Below are positions 41,276 to 55,025 of a stretch of DNA of 64,000 nt, in pieces. The position numbers and the translations under genes are program-made. The notes beneath the pieces are model-generated. The model was not told the DNA's origin, did not search any database, and worked only from the letters and a program-made list of their open reading frames with translations. The stretch covers positions 71,610,001 through 71,674,000 of the forward strand of contig NC_043009.1 in NCBI RefSeq assembly GCF_006345805.1, written 5' to 3'. Source of the stretch: Octopus sinensis. Its lineage: Eukaryota. Position 1 is the first letter of the stretch; every line of letters begins with the position of its first letter.

Positions 41276-41824
41276 TACACATACACACATATGCATACAT
41301 GTACATATTATATGGATAAATTTTGACCAGAGAACCTCATTCAGAGTAGAGTTAGATGAGGTCTTTAGACATTACTGAAGCTGAAAGACTGCTTAAGTTT
41401 CAAGTCGATGTTTATAAGTTGTACTGAAAAGGAGAGAAATTTATGTTTGTTTTAACAGTTTTTCAGGCTGAACGCCAACAATGTTAGCAAGAAAGTTAAA
41501 GAATGAATGCTAGAAAGACAAGAATAGGAGATTATAAGAGAGGTTGTGAAATGTATGAAGAGCAATGACTCATGTGTATTGCAAATCGGATAAAATTCCT
41601 TGGGTTGTTCTGCATAAAGAATGGATATTTGTAAATAGATGTAATCAAGTAAAAATATTAACACACACGTGCACACATACTCACAATAATATATAAATAT
41701 AGGTGCATGGATACATTTCTATCTGTTTGAAAGAAATATTTATTAATTGTAGGTTTAGAGATTGTGCAAGCCTACCCAGCAATGGGAAAATTTCAAGAGT
41801 TAGAATATATTATTCCATATGAAG

Positions 41825-42015
41825 ATGGCACGTCTGTGCAGGTGGCACGTAAAAAACACCCACTACACTCGCGGAGTGGTTGGCGTTAGGAAGGGCATCC
41901 AGCCGTAGAAACACTGCCAGATCTGACTGGGCCTGACGAAGCCTTCCAGCTTCACAGACCCCAGTTGACCCGTCCAACCCATGCTAGCATGGAAAGCGGA
42001 CACTAAATGATGATA
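41825..42015 (+). mobile_element. RTE-like LINE 3' end
   Basis: gcggagtggttggcgttaggaagggcatccagccgtag...catggaaagcggacactaaatgatgat. Confidence 0.8.
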
Positions 42016-44912
42016 TTCAGGCAGTTACCAGAGTTTTTTTTTTTTTTAATCTATATTAAATCGGTATCCTTTGCATCGTTCAAAGCCTGCCTTTCCTTAT
42101 TTCATTGATATATGGCCTTGGTGTTTCAAGGACTATTGGTTTAATGTTTAATTATCATAGACATGAATAGATTTTGAAGGGTCAAAACCCCACATCTGAA
42201 GATAAACAAAGACAAGACCTTGCAGAATGGAAAAGGTTAAAACCCAACTCTGCAAACAGCTTGGAATTGGAATATTTAGTAGACACTCTGATGTGGATAG
42301 ATATATTCTAAGCCTGTGGAGAATTCTGCCATCTCTGGCAGCAACCAACTCCAACAAATGAATTCACAGCATCCTGGATAAGAGCTGACAATTCTCCTAG
42401 CAATCACTGATGACTCATGGGAAGCTCATCCATCCAATCACAGTTCTAAAAGTGGACACGAGAAAGATGAAGACCAGATGTTGATTCAATGTTTCACTTT
42501 GAATTGCTAATCTGTTCATGTGTACAAGAGTCTGCCTTAGCATTTATACCATTCTTGGAAAGGCGCTGGGAAATTAGTTTAGCCTGGAGATTATGCAGTG
42601 CGTGACTAAACCAGCACATTTTGTCCAGAAATTGAAAAAGAAATCAATTAGGTAATGATGAAGTTTGGAATTCCTTGATAATGTCATATAATCAAACAAG
42701 ACAAAATAATTAAAGGTTGGTATGCTTTATATCCCAAGAACACTAAATCCATGTTTGGCACTATTCAGATTTACGAAGCAACCATGTTTGTGCCAGATGA
42801 AATTAATGTAAAAGACAACTTTTTCTTATTTTGTTGAGTTGGAAGAACATGGCAGATTGTTCGCAGATTTCACTCCATCAAAACCTCCCAAAGGAATGTT
42901 AAATTTACCAGTTTTGCCTTTCTTAACCCAACAAGCATCCTCATTAAAGAGGAAAGAGCTGTGTGGATGATAATCTGAAGGTTACTCTGTGTGATGTTTG
43001 TGTAGGGTTTGGCAACTTAGATCACTTTTAGAAGATCTTCTCCGTATTAAAGAGTAATGGAGTTAGCTGTGGCACAAGATGTGACATATACATGCATGCT
43101 TGTGTGTGTGTGTGTGTGTGTTGTGTGTGTGTGTGTGTATCTGTGTGTCTGTGTGTGTGTGTGTGTGTCTGTGTGTGTGTGTGTGCATACAGACATATTT
43201 GCTTATGTGTATATATCATCATCATCATCATCATCATCCATGTTCCTTTCTGGCTTTGGGTTGGACGGTCTGACAGGATCCAATGTGTCCAAGGACTTCA
43301 TTGTGCTCCATTTGTCATCCTTAGCATTGTCTCTACTACAGCTGGACGGCCTTCCTAACAGCAACTGCTCTGAGAGTGTGGACCGGATGTTGCTTTCCTG
43401 CCATGGACATTAGTGAGGCCACCATGCAGTTTGCAAGACTACAAAACTGAAGGGTGTTGGGGGTGGTTTTGTGCTAGGGGCTGAGGGTTAAACGATGAGA
43501 GAAAGGGTTGGCATAGAGCAAGTTGTTGCTGTTGTGGGAGCTGCATGGCCACTCACATTTGAAGGGGAGAAAGGATCAGTTATAGCTGTGAGGGCATAAA
43601 TAGGAGCAATGGGGTGTCTTGGTGACCCCCATCAAGGTACAAATTGAGTAGGGGAGAATGGGGGACAGAAGAACTAGGAGTGTGGGTTGGTGGGGGTTTG
43701 CAAAAGTATATAGATTGGGGGGGGCAAGAGATAGGGGAAATGAGAGAGTACAGGTGAGAGATTGGGTAGGGATGACGGGTGGATGGAGGGAGTAATGGGT
43801 ACAGAGGTGGTGGTGGTGGTGGTGGTGGTGGTGGTGGTTGTGGTGGTGGTGGCCTGCATGAGTCAGGAAAGGTGGAGAGCAGGAGCAGGGGAGAGCAGTA
43901 AGAGTATAGTAATGATGATACAGATGAGAGTGGTGGAGGGGGGAGGGACAAGATAGATGTGATGGGGTTGGGTAGGCTGCAGGGGATGGGGAGAGAAAAA
44001 GCAGAGAAAGTGTAGGAGAAGAGGGAGGGAGTTGGATGGGGATGGAAGGGGATGATCAGTGTAATGTGTGAGTGGAGAGAAGAATATTAAGGGAGGAAGA
44101 ATAATGGTTAACAAGTGGAATGGTTCCAGGTAACAAGAAAAAATAAATAGGTATCAGGGAAGGGTTTTGGTGGTAGTGGTGGGTTGAAGGGGAGATTGGT
44201 GGAGGCAGGTGGGGAGGGGCATTCGTGCATTACATAGACATGTGCTTGTGTGTATGTGTGTGTGTATATCACATTTTGTGGGAATGAATTAAGCACTTTG
44301 GTGTTTTCACCCAAAACAAAGAACACACACACACACACACACCCCCCTCGCATTGCTTCCTCTCCGGTTTCACTTAATGGCAGGTGAGGCAGTTCCATTG
44401 TCGTTACTAATGTTAGATTAGTGATAATAGGTTCAAGATAAAGGTGAGATAATAATGTGTGGTAAGGCTGATAACTGCTTCGAGAAAGTGAGACGTTACA
44501 TAATGCAAGTGGAGGTGGTGGTGGGGTGGCGGCGGTGGTGGTGGCGGTCACCATTACAGTAATAATGGTGGTGGTGGTGGTGGTGGTGGTGGTGGTGGTG
44601 GTGGTGGTGTTTGTTGTGATAGTGTTAGAGATGGTATAGAAGGCAAACATGCAAATATTTGAACCAAGGAAAGGTAAGACAGCCAAGCGCTGACAGTCTA
44701 AGTTCCTGAGAAATAATTCAACAGCAGGATGCATTCTTGTGTCAGATACCATTCTGTGTGATACCATGATGGTTGTTGATGGCATTGTGTTCTGATATTT
44801 GATTAGCATCACAATATGCAATCATAGATAGAAGACTAGTGTTGGGGCTATTTACACATGCACTGAAACGCACACACACACATACATACTCATATACACA
44901 CACACATGTGCT

Positions 44913-44956
<44 letters not shown>

Positions 44957-45120
44957 TATGAAACATCCTGGCAATGGCCATGATGTAGCACAGTAAGAAG
45001 CACCTCAACAGCATGTATAACGACTGGGAAATAATTGGGTCACTGGAACATCACCAGAAACTTCATCTTTTTTCAATGCTAGCAAAGTACATTTTCTTCA
45101 TGTACATGTGTGTGAGTGAG

Positions 45121-45156
<36 letters not shown>

Positions 45157-45173
45157 TATATATATATATATGT

Positions 45174-45625
45174 GGACCAGCTATTCGAGTTGACAGTACC
45201 TTGATAGATAAAGCAATTAAAAGTATGAAGACAGGTATGACTCCTTCATGTATCACCTGGTTAACTTTACGGTTGACTAGGCTATAGCTGACACTACCAG
45301 ATATTTTGAGCATCTCTGCAGTAATTCCTGATGGGTCTGGGGCTTTATGCGAGGTCGTTGCCAGTGCCGCTGGACTGGCTCCTGTGCAGGTGGCACATAA
45401 AAAGCACCAATTGAGCGTGGCCGTTACCAGTACCACCTAACTGGCCCTCATGCCGGTGGCACGTAAAAGCACCCACTACACTCTTGGAGTGGTTGGCATT
45501 AGAAAGAGCATCCAGCTGTAGAAACTCTGTCAGATCTGATTGGAGTCTGGTGCAGCCATCTGGTTTGCCAGACCTCAGCCAAATCGTCCAACCCACGCTA
45601 GCATGGAAAGCGGACGGATGATGAT
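45174..45625 (+). mobile_element. Rearranged RTE insertion: RT fragment, inverted RT fragment, then 3'UTR
   Basis: Plus strand GPAIRVDSTLIDKAIKSMKTG; minus strand 45234-45346 KAPDPSGITAEMLKISGSVSYSLVNRKVNQVIHEGVIP; plus strand family 3' end. Confidence 0.8.
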
Positions 45626-45952
45626 ATATATGTACATACACATATATATATACATATATATACATATATATATATATGTGTATATATATATATATATATT
45701 TCCAATACATATATAATTCTTTAAATTGTTTCAGCTTTAAAGCTGCATTCACGCTAGGGCATCATTATATATATCCTTGAAATATGAGACTAGAAACAGC
45801 CAACAACTGATGAAGGGTTCTTTATGTTTGTTTTGTTTTCCATTTGTCTTTTGTTGTTTGAAAGAATAGTTTATGTTCAATGTACTCGTGCATCGTACTT
45901 TTTTGCTGTACATGTTTTGTGATATCCTGTGCCCATATATGCATATATATAT

Positions 45953-46050
<98 letters not shown>

Positions 46051-46143
46051 AAATATTATTAGAGACAAAACCACTATTTTGCAAAACAAACAAGGAAAGA
46101 CTTAATCAATACATAAAATTTTAATAAATAGTCAAAAAAACCG

Positions 46144-46186
46144 CCACTACAATTGTTTCTTGTCTTGATCGACAATCTTCAGGTGG
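46144..46186 (-). ncRNA. Minimal type-I hammerhead ribozyme, apparently intact, in a PLE 3' end (about 46045-46195)
   Basis: CCAC CUGAAGA UUGUC GAUCAA GACAA GAAA CAAUUG UA GUGG; canonical core, palindrome ACAAUUGU, GUA cleavage triplet. Confidence 0.85.
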
Positions 46187-46206
46187 ACTTCCAATAAGTC
46201 AGTTTC

Positions 46207-46246
<40 letters not shown>

Positions 46247-46417
46247 ACAAAGTGAGATAGGGGTTATGCGTGTAACCCACTATGGGATATCATTTATCCA
46301 ATATACTGCCAGTAAAGTACCCAGAAGGCTAACACATAAATGCTAAGAATTGCAATGCAATTAATTCATTTATTGTATTATATGGGCGAAGGTAAAATGT
46401 TTTACCTCAAATTCATA

Positions 46418-46595
46418 ATACAAAATAAGAAAATGGAGGAATAGATTTCTTTCAATCATCAACTTCCAGATAATACCAATTCATATAATTTATTAACTAA
46501 TTATCTAAATAATTAGTTAATAAATTATATGAATTGGTATTATCTGGAAGTTGATGATTGAAAGAAATCTATTCCTCCATTTTCTTATTTTGTAT
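46418..46595. repeat. Perfect palindrome, 87-bp arms, 4-nt loop
   Basis: 46418-46504 is the exact reverse complement of 46509-46595; loop ctaa. Confidence 0.95.
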
Positions 46596-46644
46596 ATATA
46601 TATATATATATATAAATATTTACATATACGTATGTATATATACA

Positions 46645-46711
<67 letters not shown>

Positions 46712-46840
46712 TATATATATATATATATAATATAATATAATATAATATAATATATATATATAATATATATATATATATAGATGCATATATAGATATGTAT
46801 ATGTAAATACTTACATCTATATATATATATATATAGATAG

Positions 46841-46933
<93 letters not shown>

Positions 46934-48863
46934 TGTGTGTATTTTTTCAATGTGTACAAATAACATAGAAAAAAATAAATAAATAATTACCAGGGTAGCA
47001 AGAATTCATAAAAGTGCCAAGGATGTTCCAGCCAACTTATAAAGGTAGAAGGTCCAGTCCAGAGTTTAGTGAAATGTTTTTGTATAACATAAATAAATGA
47101 AGAATTCCTTGAGTCTCTCATCTTTCTGACTCTTGAAATGTCATGGAAAGAAACTCTGTGTTATCACCTATTATGTTAATGACCACTCTGCATTTTGTAT
47201 TTCAAGAGACCAATGAAACAAAAATGTGACAATATTCTGAGCATGACATAGTCAACGTAAACCATTGATAGTATGGCTGTAATCCAATGAAAGAAGAAGA
47301 ATACGTATAGATTCTATGAGCTGTCCAATAAAGGTGAGCTTCTGTTGTGCAAAGAACACATCTGGAATTATCAAGAACCCTAATACAGGTATTCTGTAAC
47401 CATGAAAACAACAAAAAGAGCTGATATACTGATTGCATGACATGGAGGCCTGTTCCCTAGAAGACAAACAACTCGACATATCCTCTAAAACTAGTTACTC
47501 GGGGTTGACAAAATCACTTTTGTAAAATACTTCTACAAACACACACCACTTTGTTTCATCGATGTCATCTAGAAACTGCTTCATTACTCTTCAAACATAT
47601 TTGGAAATTAAGCAATGCAAGAAGGGAAATTTTTGACAGAAGGTCAGCATTAAGGAAAGACCTAAGTCTTGTAACTTCTGCCTCACATCATCAATAACAT
47701 TATTAGTCAACCAATTGCAATCCTGAACAAAAAATACTAGTTTTGTTTTAATTTGGTGCCATGACATGAAAGAATCACCTAAAACTCCAATGAGCTGAAT
47801 AACTATGCAAACCAATTAGTTAAATATGAGTTTTCAATTACAAAGCTCTTTTGGTCATAAAACACACACACACACACACACACACACTGAAACATTTTCC
47901 TTATGAAAGACTTGAAGTAACATAGGATCCCTTTCTTTTTCCTTTCTCTCTTTTTATGTGTGGTTCTGTGTGTGACAATATTTTCCAATTAATGCTAAAT
48001 GGAGGATTTTTTATTTTAATGTCCATATATGTTTGAATATTGAAGTGTCATTTTCCATGTTTGTGTTGCGAAATGTATGTGTGTGTTGGTTGCATCTTAA
48101 ACTAGTTTGCTGTAGATACTCCTAAATAAACACACCTAATCACAAAGTCTTACATGCTCGACGGAACATTTTCCTAAAAGAAACTGGTTAAATCTCTTAA
48201 ATAACACTAGTAACCAGCAAAAGAATCTGCTGACAACTGTCCTCTCTGTCTGATTACATTCTTTTGTGACACCTTAAAAACTCCATGACCAAAAGCTGAC
48301 ACACCTAAATACTTAATTATGAAGTTTTACATTCTGGACTGAACTCTAAACTATAGTCGCATCATCCCCAAAACAAACAGATTAAATCTCCAGTTAGTGT
48401 CTAGACAGAATCAACAATAACTAAAGCTAGCTACAACTAATCACTTCACTGCTGACATTCTTTTGTGTACCCTAAAACACAACCCAAAGACTCGAAGGTG
48501 ATACACCTAAATAGAGACACCTGATTAAAAAGTGCAACATAGATGACTGAATTCTGAAAAATAACACAACTCTAAAGTCAATCAATAAAAATCTTTCCAT
48601 CATAACCTAGACTCTGACCAAATTATTATTGGAAAGAGCTCCACCTATTCCAGAAAAATTAAACTTACAAGAGACTTTATGAAGTCAAGATGAACCCAAA
48701 TGTTTCACAAAATCTCATGAAACCTTACAAAGCTGAAACTTCGTAATCACTGTCAACATTAGTAAAGGAATAATGAATTCTTGAAATAGTATGGAGTAAT
48801 CTTTCAGTCTCATGAAAAAATTGTTTTTATTATATCTTAACATAAAAATAAACATTAATGTGT

Positions 48864-48913
<50 letters not shown>

Positions 48914-49170
48914 AATAAACCTGTATGTAGTTACATGATCTGCAAGAAATAGCAGTCAAATCCCTCTCAGGAACACACTGAACACATAAATCTAGAAGTA
49001 TTACACCTGAAAAATTTATTAAACAAGGGATGAAATCTTCTCACCACTTTTCATCAGGGATCTGCTTGATGAGAGCAGAAATGGGGTCAGTCAACAACAA
49101 CAACAACGATATAAACATAAATACTTTTTCATAAAATAAATTTTGGCGGGAGGTACATAAACAGGTGCTT

Positions 49171-49209
<39 letters not shown>

Positions 49210-49217
49210 CACACACG

Positions 49218-49252
<35 letters not shown>

Positions 49253-50201
49253 GCACACACACGCACACACACACTCGCACACACACAGATAATATTGGTT
49301 AAACATGTTTTCTCTGATGGCCTGATTTTTACTAGTTTACTCCAATTCCTATCACCAACCACTTTACAGTGAGGGCTGGTGGGGGCTGGAGGGCTGGGGG
49401 ACTAGGGGATGGGACTGGGGGGAGATAGAGGGTGAGGGCTGCAGGCTGGGTCCATTGTGTTGTAACCACCAACACCAGAGACATATCCTCCTTTGAGAAT
49501 TAATCTTCCTTCTTTAACCTATATATATACATGTGTGTGTGTGTGCGTGTATATATATATGTACGTATGCTTTTATATATATATATATATGAATTTATGC
49601 ACACACACACACACATATATATATACACACACACCCACACATGCATATACACATAAACACATGCATCTATTTTCAAAACAGATATTTTACCCCACCCCCA
49701 TCGACAAGTGTGTGTGTGTGATTGTGTGTGTGTGTGATTGTGTGTGTGTGTGTGTGTGTGATTGTGTGTGTGTGTGATTGTGTGTGTGTGTGTGTGTGTG
49801 TGTGATTGTAAGAGTCTCTTTATAGAAATACAACAAAAGCCAGTTTTTCTCAAAACCTTTCTGTAGAATCCAACAATTTCATCTTGAAATCCCATTCACA
49901 AAAGAGATGAAAATATTCCAGTCTGGTTTCCATTAGAATTCTTAACCAAAAAAAACGAAAAAAAGTGGAAGGAATTTTTCCTTTCATTTCATCTTGAAAC
50001 ACTTCAATATTCCAACAGAATAACATTTCATGTCATCACCATTATTCCCCCCCCCCCGTGTCTTCCCTCCACTCCCAACCATTATGCCATCAAACCCACC
50101 TTCCCACCTTTTTTTTCTTTTTTTTTTGGAACTGATTTATCAAAGATTGTGACTGTAAGGTGTTTTGCGTTCTTCATATTTTTTGCCTTTTACAGTTTCA
50201 A

Positions 50202-50252
<51 letters not shown>

Positions 50253-50574
50253 CTCTCTTTCTCTTTCTCTCTCACTCTCCTCTTTCTCTTCTTCCTTACA
50301 TTCTGTCTCTGTTCCATCAATATTTTCCTCTCCTTCCTTATCCATTTCTTCCCTTTTTTCCAATATATTCCTTCATCCTTCAGTGCCTCTTTACCATCAT
50401 TCTTCTTCTCTCTCCGTCTTCTGTTTTTTGAATTTTCCACTCACTCTCTCGGGCTTTTACCCTTTCAGACCTTCACATTTTTCCAATTCAACCTACATCT
50501 ATCTCTAGCTTGTGGAAAACCTCTTCACTTTGATCTGACTGAGTTAAAGAGACAGAAAGATAGATATATTTATG

Positions 50575-50760
50575 TTATCATCATTATCGTTTGATGTCTG
50601 TTTTTCCTGCTGGCATGAGTTGGCTGCTTTGACAGGATCTGGCAAGCCAATGAGCTGCACCAGGGTCCAATTGTTTTGTTTTGGCAAGGTTTCTGCAGCT
50701 GGATGCCCTTCCTAATGCCAACCACTTTACAGAGGGTATTGTGTGCTTTCATCATTTTAG
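50575..50760 (-). mobile_element. RTE-like LINE 3' end
   Basis: cagctggatgcccttcctaatgccaaccact is the reverse complement of the family motif. Confidence 0.7.
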
Positions 50761-50830
50761 ATCTTTTAGGTCAAGCTTTCATGAGTTGGGCAGATCTTCT
50801 CCAGCACAATATGACCACACCAAGTGTTCT

Positions 50831-51000
50831 TCTGTCATTGAAAGGACCACCTTTTCTGCTCCTTTGTCATTGAAGGGGCCACCTGTTGTGCTCCTTTGTC
50901 ATTGAAGGGGCCACCTGTTGTGCTCCTTTGTCATTGAAGGGGCCACCTGTTGTGCTCCTTTGTCATTGAAGGGGCCACCTGTTGTGCTCCTTTATCATTG
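50831..51000. repeat. 32-bp minisatellite, about 5 copies
   Basis: tgtcattgaaggggccacctgttgtgctcctt; gtcattg at 50834, 50866, 50898 and onward. Confidence 0.92.
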
Positions 51001-51484
51001 ATGTGAGTGGTTAAGGGTTTATTTGTGAGCTTGTGAATGGGAATTGATACACTCTGATGATCCTAGGTGATTGATGATTAATTGACCAAGTGATTAATCA
51101 AAAGACTTATCAGTTAATTGGCTAGATAGTTAACAAGTTGACTAATAAATGTTTCTATTATAAGCACAAGGCCTGAAATTTTAAGGGAAGGGGTTAAGTT
51201 GATTGTATCCTCCCAGTAATCACTTTATTGACCCTGAAAGGATAAACAGCAAAGTTGTTCCCAACAGAATTTGAACTCAAAACATAAACACAGACAAAAT
51301 GCTACTAAATGTTATGTCCACGACAATAATGATTCTGCTTGCTCACTGCTTTGAAACTAGTTGACTAATAATAATAAAAGAAGTCAAATGAACCAGTGTG
51401 TGTATTTATTAGTGGCATAATGAACCTCCCAAGATACAATGAAAAAAGACAACCCTCTTCTTCTTAGAATGCAAATAGTAAAAA

Positions 51485-51649
51485 GGCGTAGGAGTGGCTG
51501 TGTGGTAAGTAGCTTGCATACGAACCATATGGTTCCAGGTTCAGTCCCACTGTGTGGCACCTTGGGCAAGTGTCTTCTACTATAGCCTCGGGCTGACCAA
51601 AGCCTTGTGAGTGAATTTGGTAGATGAAAACTGAAAGAAGCCCATCGTA

Positions 51650-51696
<47 letters not shown>

Positions 51697-51723
51697 TTAT
51701 AAATAAGGATATATTTTTAGTTT

Positions 51724-51756
<33 letters not shown>

Positions 51757-51975
51757 ATATGTATGTATGTATGTGTGTGTATATGTTTGTGTGCCTGTGT
51801 TTGTCCCCTGACATGCTGATGTGTTTACATCCCTGTAACTTAGCAGTTCGGCCAAAGAGACCAATAGAATAAGTACGAGGCTTACAAAGAATAAGTCCTG
51901 AGGTTGATTTGCTCAACTAAAGGTGGTGCTCCAGCATGGCCACAGTCACATGACTGATACAAGTAAAAGAGTAAA
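51485..51975 (+). mobile_element. CORE-type tRNA SINE, full length
   Basis: ggcgtaggagtggctgtgtggtaag (A box), ggttcagtccc (B box), MIR-CORE-like ggcaccttgggcaagtgtctt, microsatellite spacer, aagagtaa tail. Confidence 0.85.
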
Positions 51976-51996
51976 AGAGTAACACATGATACAACT

Positions 51997-53148
51997 AAGA
52001 ATAATTCATGAATGTTTTTTATCAAATTTAAAAATGCAAACAGAAATAATTAAATGCATTGGCAAAATGTTTTATGTTATTAAAAAGAGAATTTTTTGCT
52101 CTACAAGAAAGTGTGTTTTGATTTAGTAATTTTATTGACTTTTGCGTATTTTCAGATCATTAAAATGGAAATTCAAGTGGACAAAACTGAGCATGTTCGA
52201 CACCATTTGCTTTGTGCATTTAATCAAGGTGTTAAGCCCACTGAAGCTGCTCGTGAGGTTTGTACTGCCCACCATTGGTTTTCATGCTTCAAATTGGGAA
52301 TTTGGACCTCAAGGATGGATCAAACACTGGTCAACTAATTGAGTTCGATAAAGAACAATTGAAGCAACTTCTTCCCAAAAATCCACGTCAAATGACCAGA
52401 GAATGACCAGAGAATGACCAGAGAATGACCAGAGAATTGGTGAAACAGATGGATTGTGGTAAAAAAAACTGTGCTGAACCACCATCACTCGATGGGCAAC
52501 GTTCAGCGTTTGGTTAAAACACACTTCAAGCAAAAACAACAAAAATCAATGCTCTGCAATCGCCACCAGTTTGCTCACTCTACATCACTCAACACATGAG
52601 TGAATATGAAGTAGTGAACAGAATGGCTCAGCCCTGACTAAAAAGCAACTCTGCAAGCAAAACAAAACACCTTCGTCCTCGAAAGACCGTGTCGCGCGGC
52701 AGAACTGGGAAGGCATAATTCATAATGAACTGCTTGAGTGCAACCAAACACTCAATGTGGCGATCTACATTCAACAACTGAAACTCAATGAAGCAATTCA
52801 GCAAAAAACACCAAACAGACAAAATGGCATTCTTCCGCAAATTGACAACGCCTGTCCTCACATTGCCAATATGACAAAAGCCACGATTCAAGAACTCGAA
52901 TGAGAAATACTGCCTCATCCTCCATACTCTCCAGGTTTGGTGCCATCAGATTTTCATCACTTTTGAACACTTTGTGTCGTGTATCGTTCAATAATGATGT
53001 GGAATTGAGGACTTGGTTGGATGAATTCTTCGAGTCAAGACTTGGAGATTTCTATCACCGAGGCAATGGAGAGTAAGTTATTAATTGATTTGTTGTTGTT
53101 TAAGACAATTTTTAAAAAAACACTCAGGAATTATTCTTCAACCCAATT
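51997..53148 (+). mobile_element. Mariner transposon, near full span but heavily decayed
   Basis: EHVRHHLLCAFNQGVKPTEAARE N-terminus and PHPPYSPGLVPSDFH; inverted termini aagaataattcatgaatgttttt / aaaaaaacactcaggaattattctt. Confidence 0.85.
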
Positions 53149-53290
53149 CATTGCATTTGTTATATTGAAATTCTTCAGATAAATTTCACTTTAAATTATA
53201 AAACTTACACTTTTTTTCTTTTAGTTATTTATATATTCAGTTATTGAGAGATTTGGTGATGTTTTACTCATGATCAACACACATGTATAT

Positions 53291-53326
<36 letters not shown>

Positions 53327-53354
53327 ACACACTCACATACATATTCTTTTTTTC

Positions 53355-53670
53355 TTTTATTCATTTCAGTCATTTGACTGTGGCCATGCTAGAGCACCGC
53401 TTTTAGTTGAACAAATCAACCCCAGGACTTATTCTTTGTAAGCCTAGCACTTATTCTATTAGTCTCATTTGCCGAACTGCTAAGTTACTGGGACATAAGC
53501 ACACCAGCATCGGTTGTCAAGCGATGTTGGGGGGACAAACAAAGACACACAAACATATACATATACATACATATATATATATACATTTGCCCAAGGTGCC
53601 ATGCATGGGACTGAACCCGGAATCATGTGGTTGATAAGCAAGCTACTTACCACACAGCCACTCCTACGCC
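53355..53670 (-). mobile_element. CORE-type SINE with internal deletion
   Basis: Reverse complement of the 51485 family. Confidence 0.8.
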
Positions 53671-53710
53671 TATATATAAAATTAACTCATTGTTGGTATG
53701 TATATAAATA

Positions 53711-53761
<51 letters not shown>

Positions 53762-54783
53762 ACGTGTGTTGCAACAAATGTTATTGATCTCATGCATCTT
53801 CGTCAATTCCACTCTCTGCCTTACCTTCTTGGCACTTCAGAGGTGGGGGGGGGATCTAATTATGTTATCAACCAAAAATCCTGATGCCATTTTGGGGTTT
53901 AAATATCAGGAAAGGGGTTAGGGAACAGGAACCAAGTTAAAGAAGTGAATGTGTTTCAATGAGACAAAGAAGCTAATAGAATTACACTCTCAAAGACTGC
54001 TATCTTAAGATGTGGATGGTAATGGTGGTGGTGGTGGTGGTGGTGGTGGTGGTGGTGGTGGTGTTGCTGGTGTTGCTGTTGTTGTTCTTGTTGGTGGAGA
54101 TGGTGGTGGAAGTATTGGAGATGGTTTTAGTGGTTGTAGTGGTGTTGGTGGTAGTGGTGATGGCAAAGGTAGTGGGGATGGCGGTGGGTGTTGTCGTATA
54201 ATGGTTGCCTTAATTGCAGCAGTTGTTGCGATCCAGTGCATCTGCTGATAAGACAGTGTCAGACTGCAATAAACGCAATTCAGTTCTTATCTTTCAGAGA
54301 AAGCCTTATCTGAACACAACCCACCACACAAACAGCACCTCGTTCGTGTTTAAACAGATTCATAATATATTCTACTGAGACAATGAGAGGACCTTGAAGT
54401 GGCCAGTTGGCTTGCTAAAAATAACAGCTAAATCTCCCTCAAATTAAACCCTGCTTTCTTAAAAAAGCAGGTGAAAGACACACACGATAATGTAGTTCTA
54501 AATACGACTAAATAGATGAGAAGGTCACAACTGGAATGCCTTTGTTTAACAGACTGTTTGGTCAATACTGACTTGGATCTAAGCAACTCTTTTTCACGAC
54601 AACTGTGTACTTATGCATAATGAATATATCAAAGATCAAAGTTCAAAAGTGAACCAAGATTGAAATCAAAATGGAAATTATAGTTGTGGCCAAAGCCAGT
54701 GTCATCTGACTGGCACATGTGCTGATGGCACATATAAAGCACAATTCAAGAATGGATCCATGCCAGTGCCACCAGAAAGCTGA

Positions 54784-55025
54784 TGATCAGGGAAAAAGCG
54801 AATGCCTGTGCCGAAATATTGAGAAATCTGCAGTTACTCTATCTAGATTACAAGTTAGGTATATACCTGTAATTATTGGGGCCCTGGGATATGTAACACA
54901 CTGCTTAAATACCAATCTTGAGAAATTAAGCTTCTCAAAACCAGAAAGGAGAAAGTTAATACGAAGACTATAGATCCAATCCATCACTGGAATTGTAAAA
55001 ATCAGTAAAACTTTCCAGAATACAG
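54784..55025 (+). mobile_element. R4/Dong-like (RLE clade) LINE C-terminal fragment
   Basis: EKANACAEILRNLQLLYLDYK then, after a frameshift, RYIPVIIGALGYVTHCLNTNLEKL. Confidence 0.6.

Noticed and set aside
44670-44685. Strong donor-like site ggaaag|gtaaga
   Set aside because: Upstream is a (GGT)n tract with no credible acceptor or coding frame; such sites occur by chance
47250-47810. Candidate exons (AG/GT-bounded frames on both strands)
   Set aside because: Short, unrecognised peptides, inconsistent strand and phase, weak splice sites
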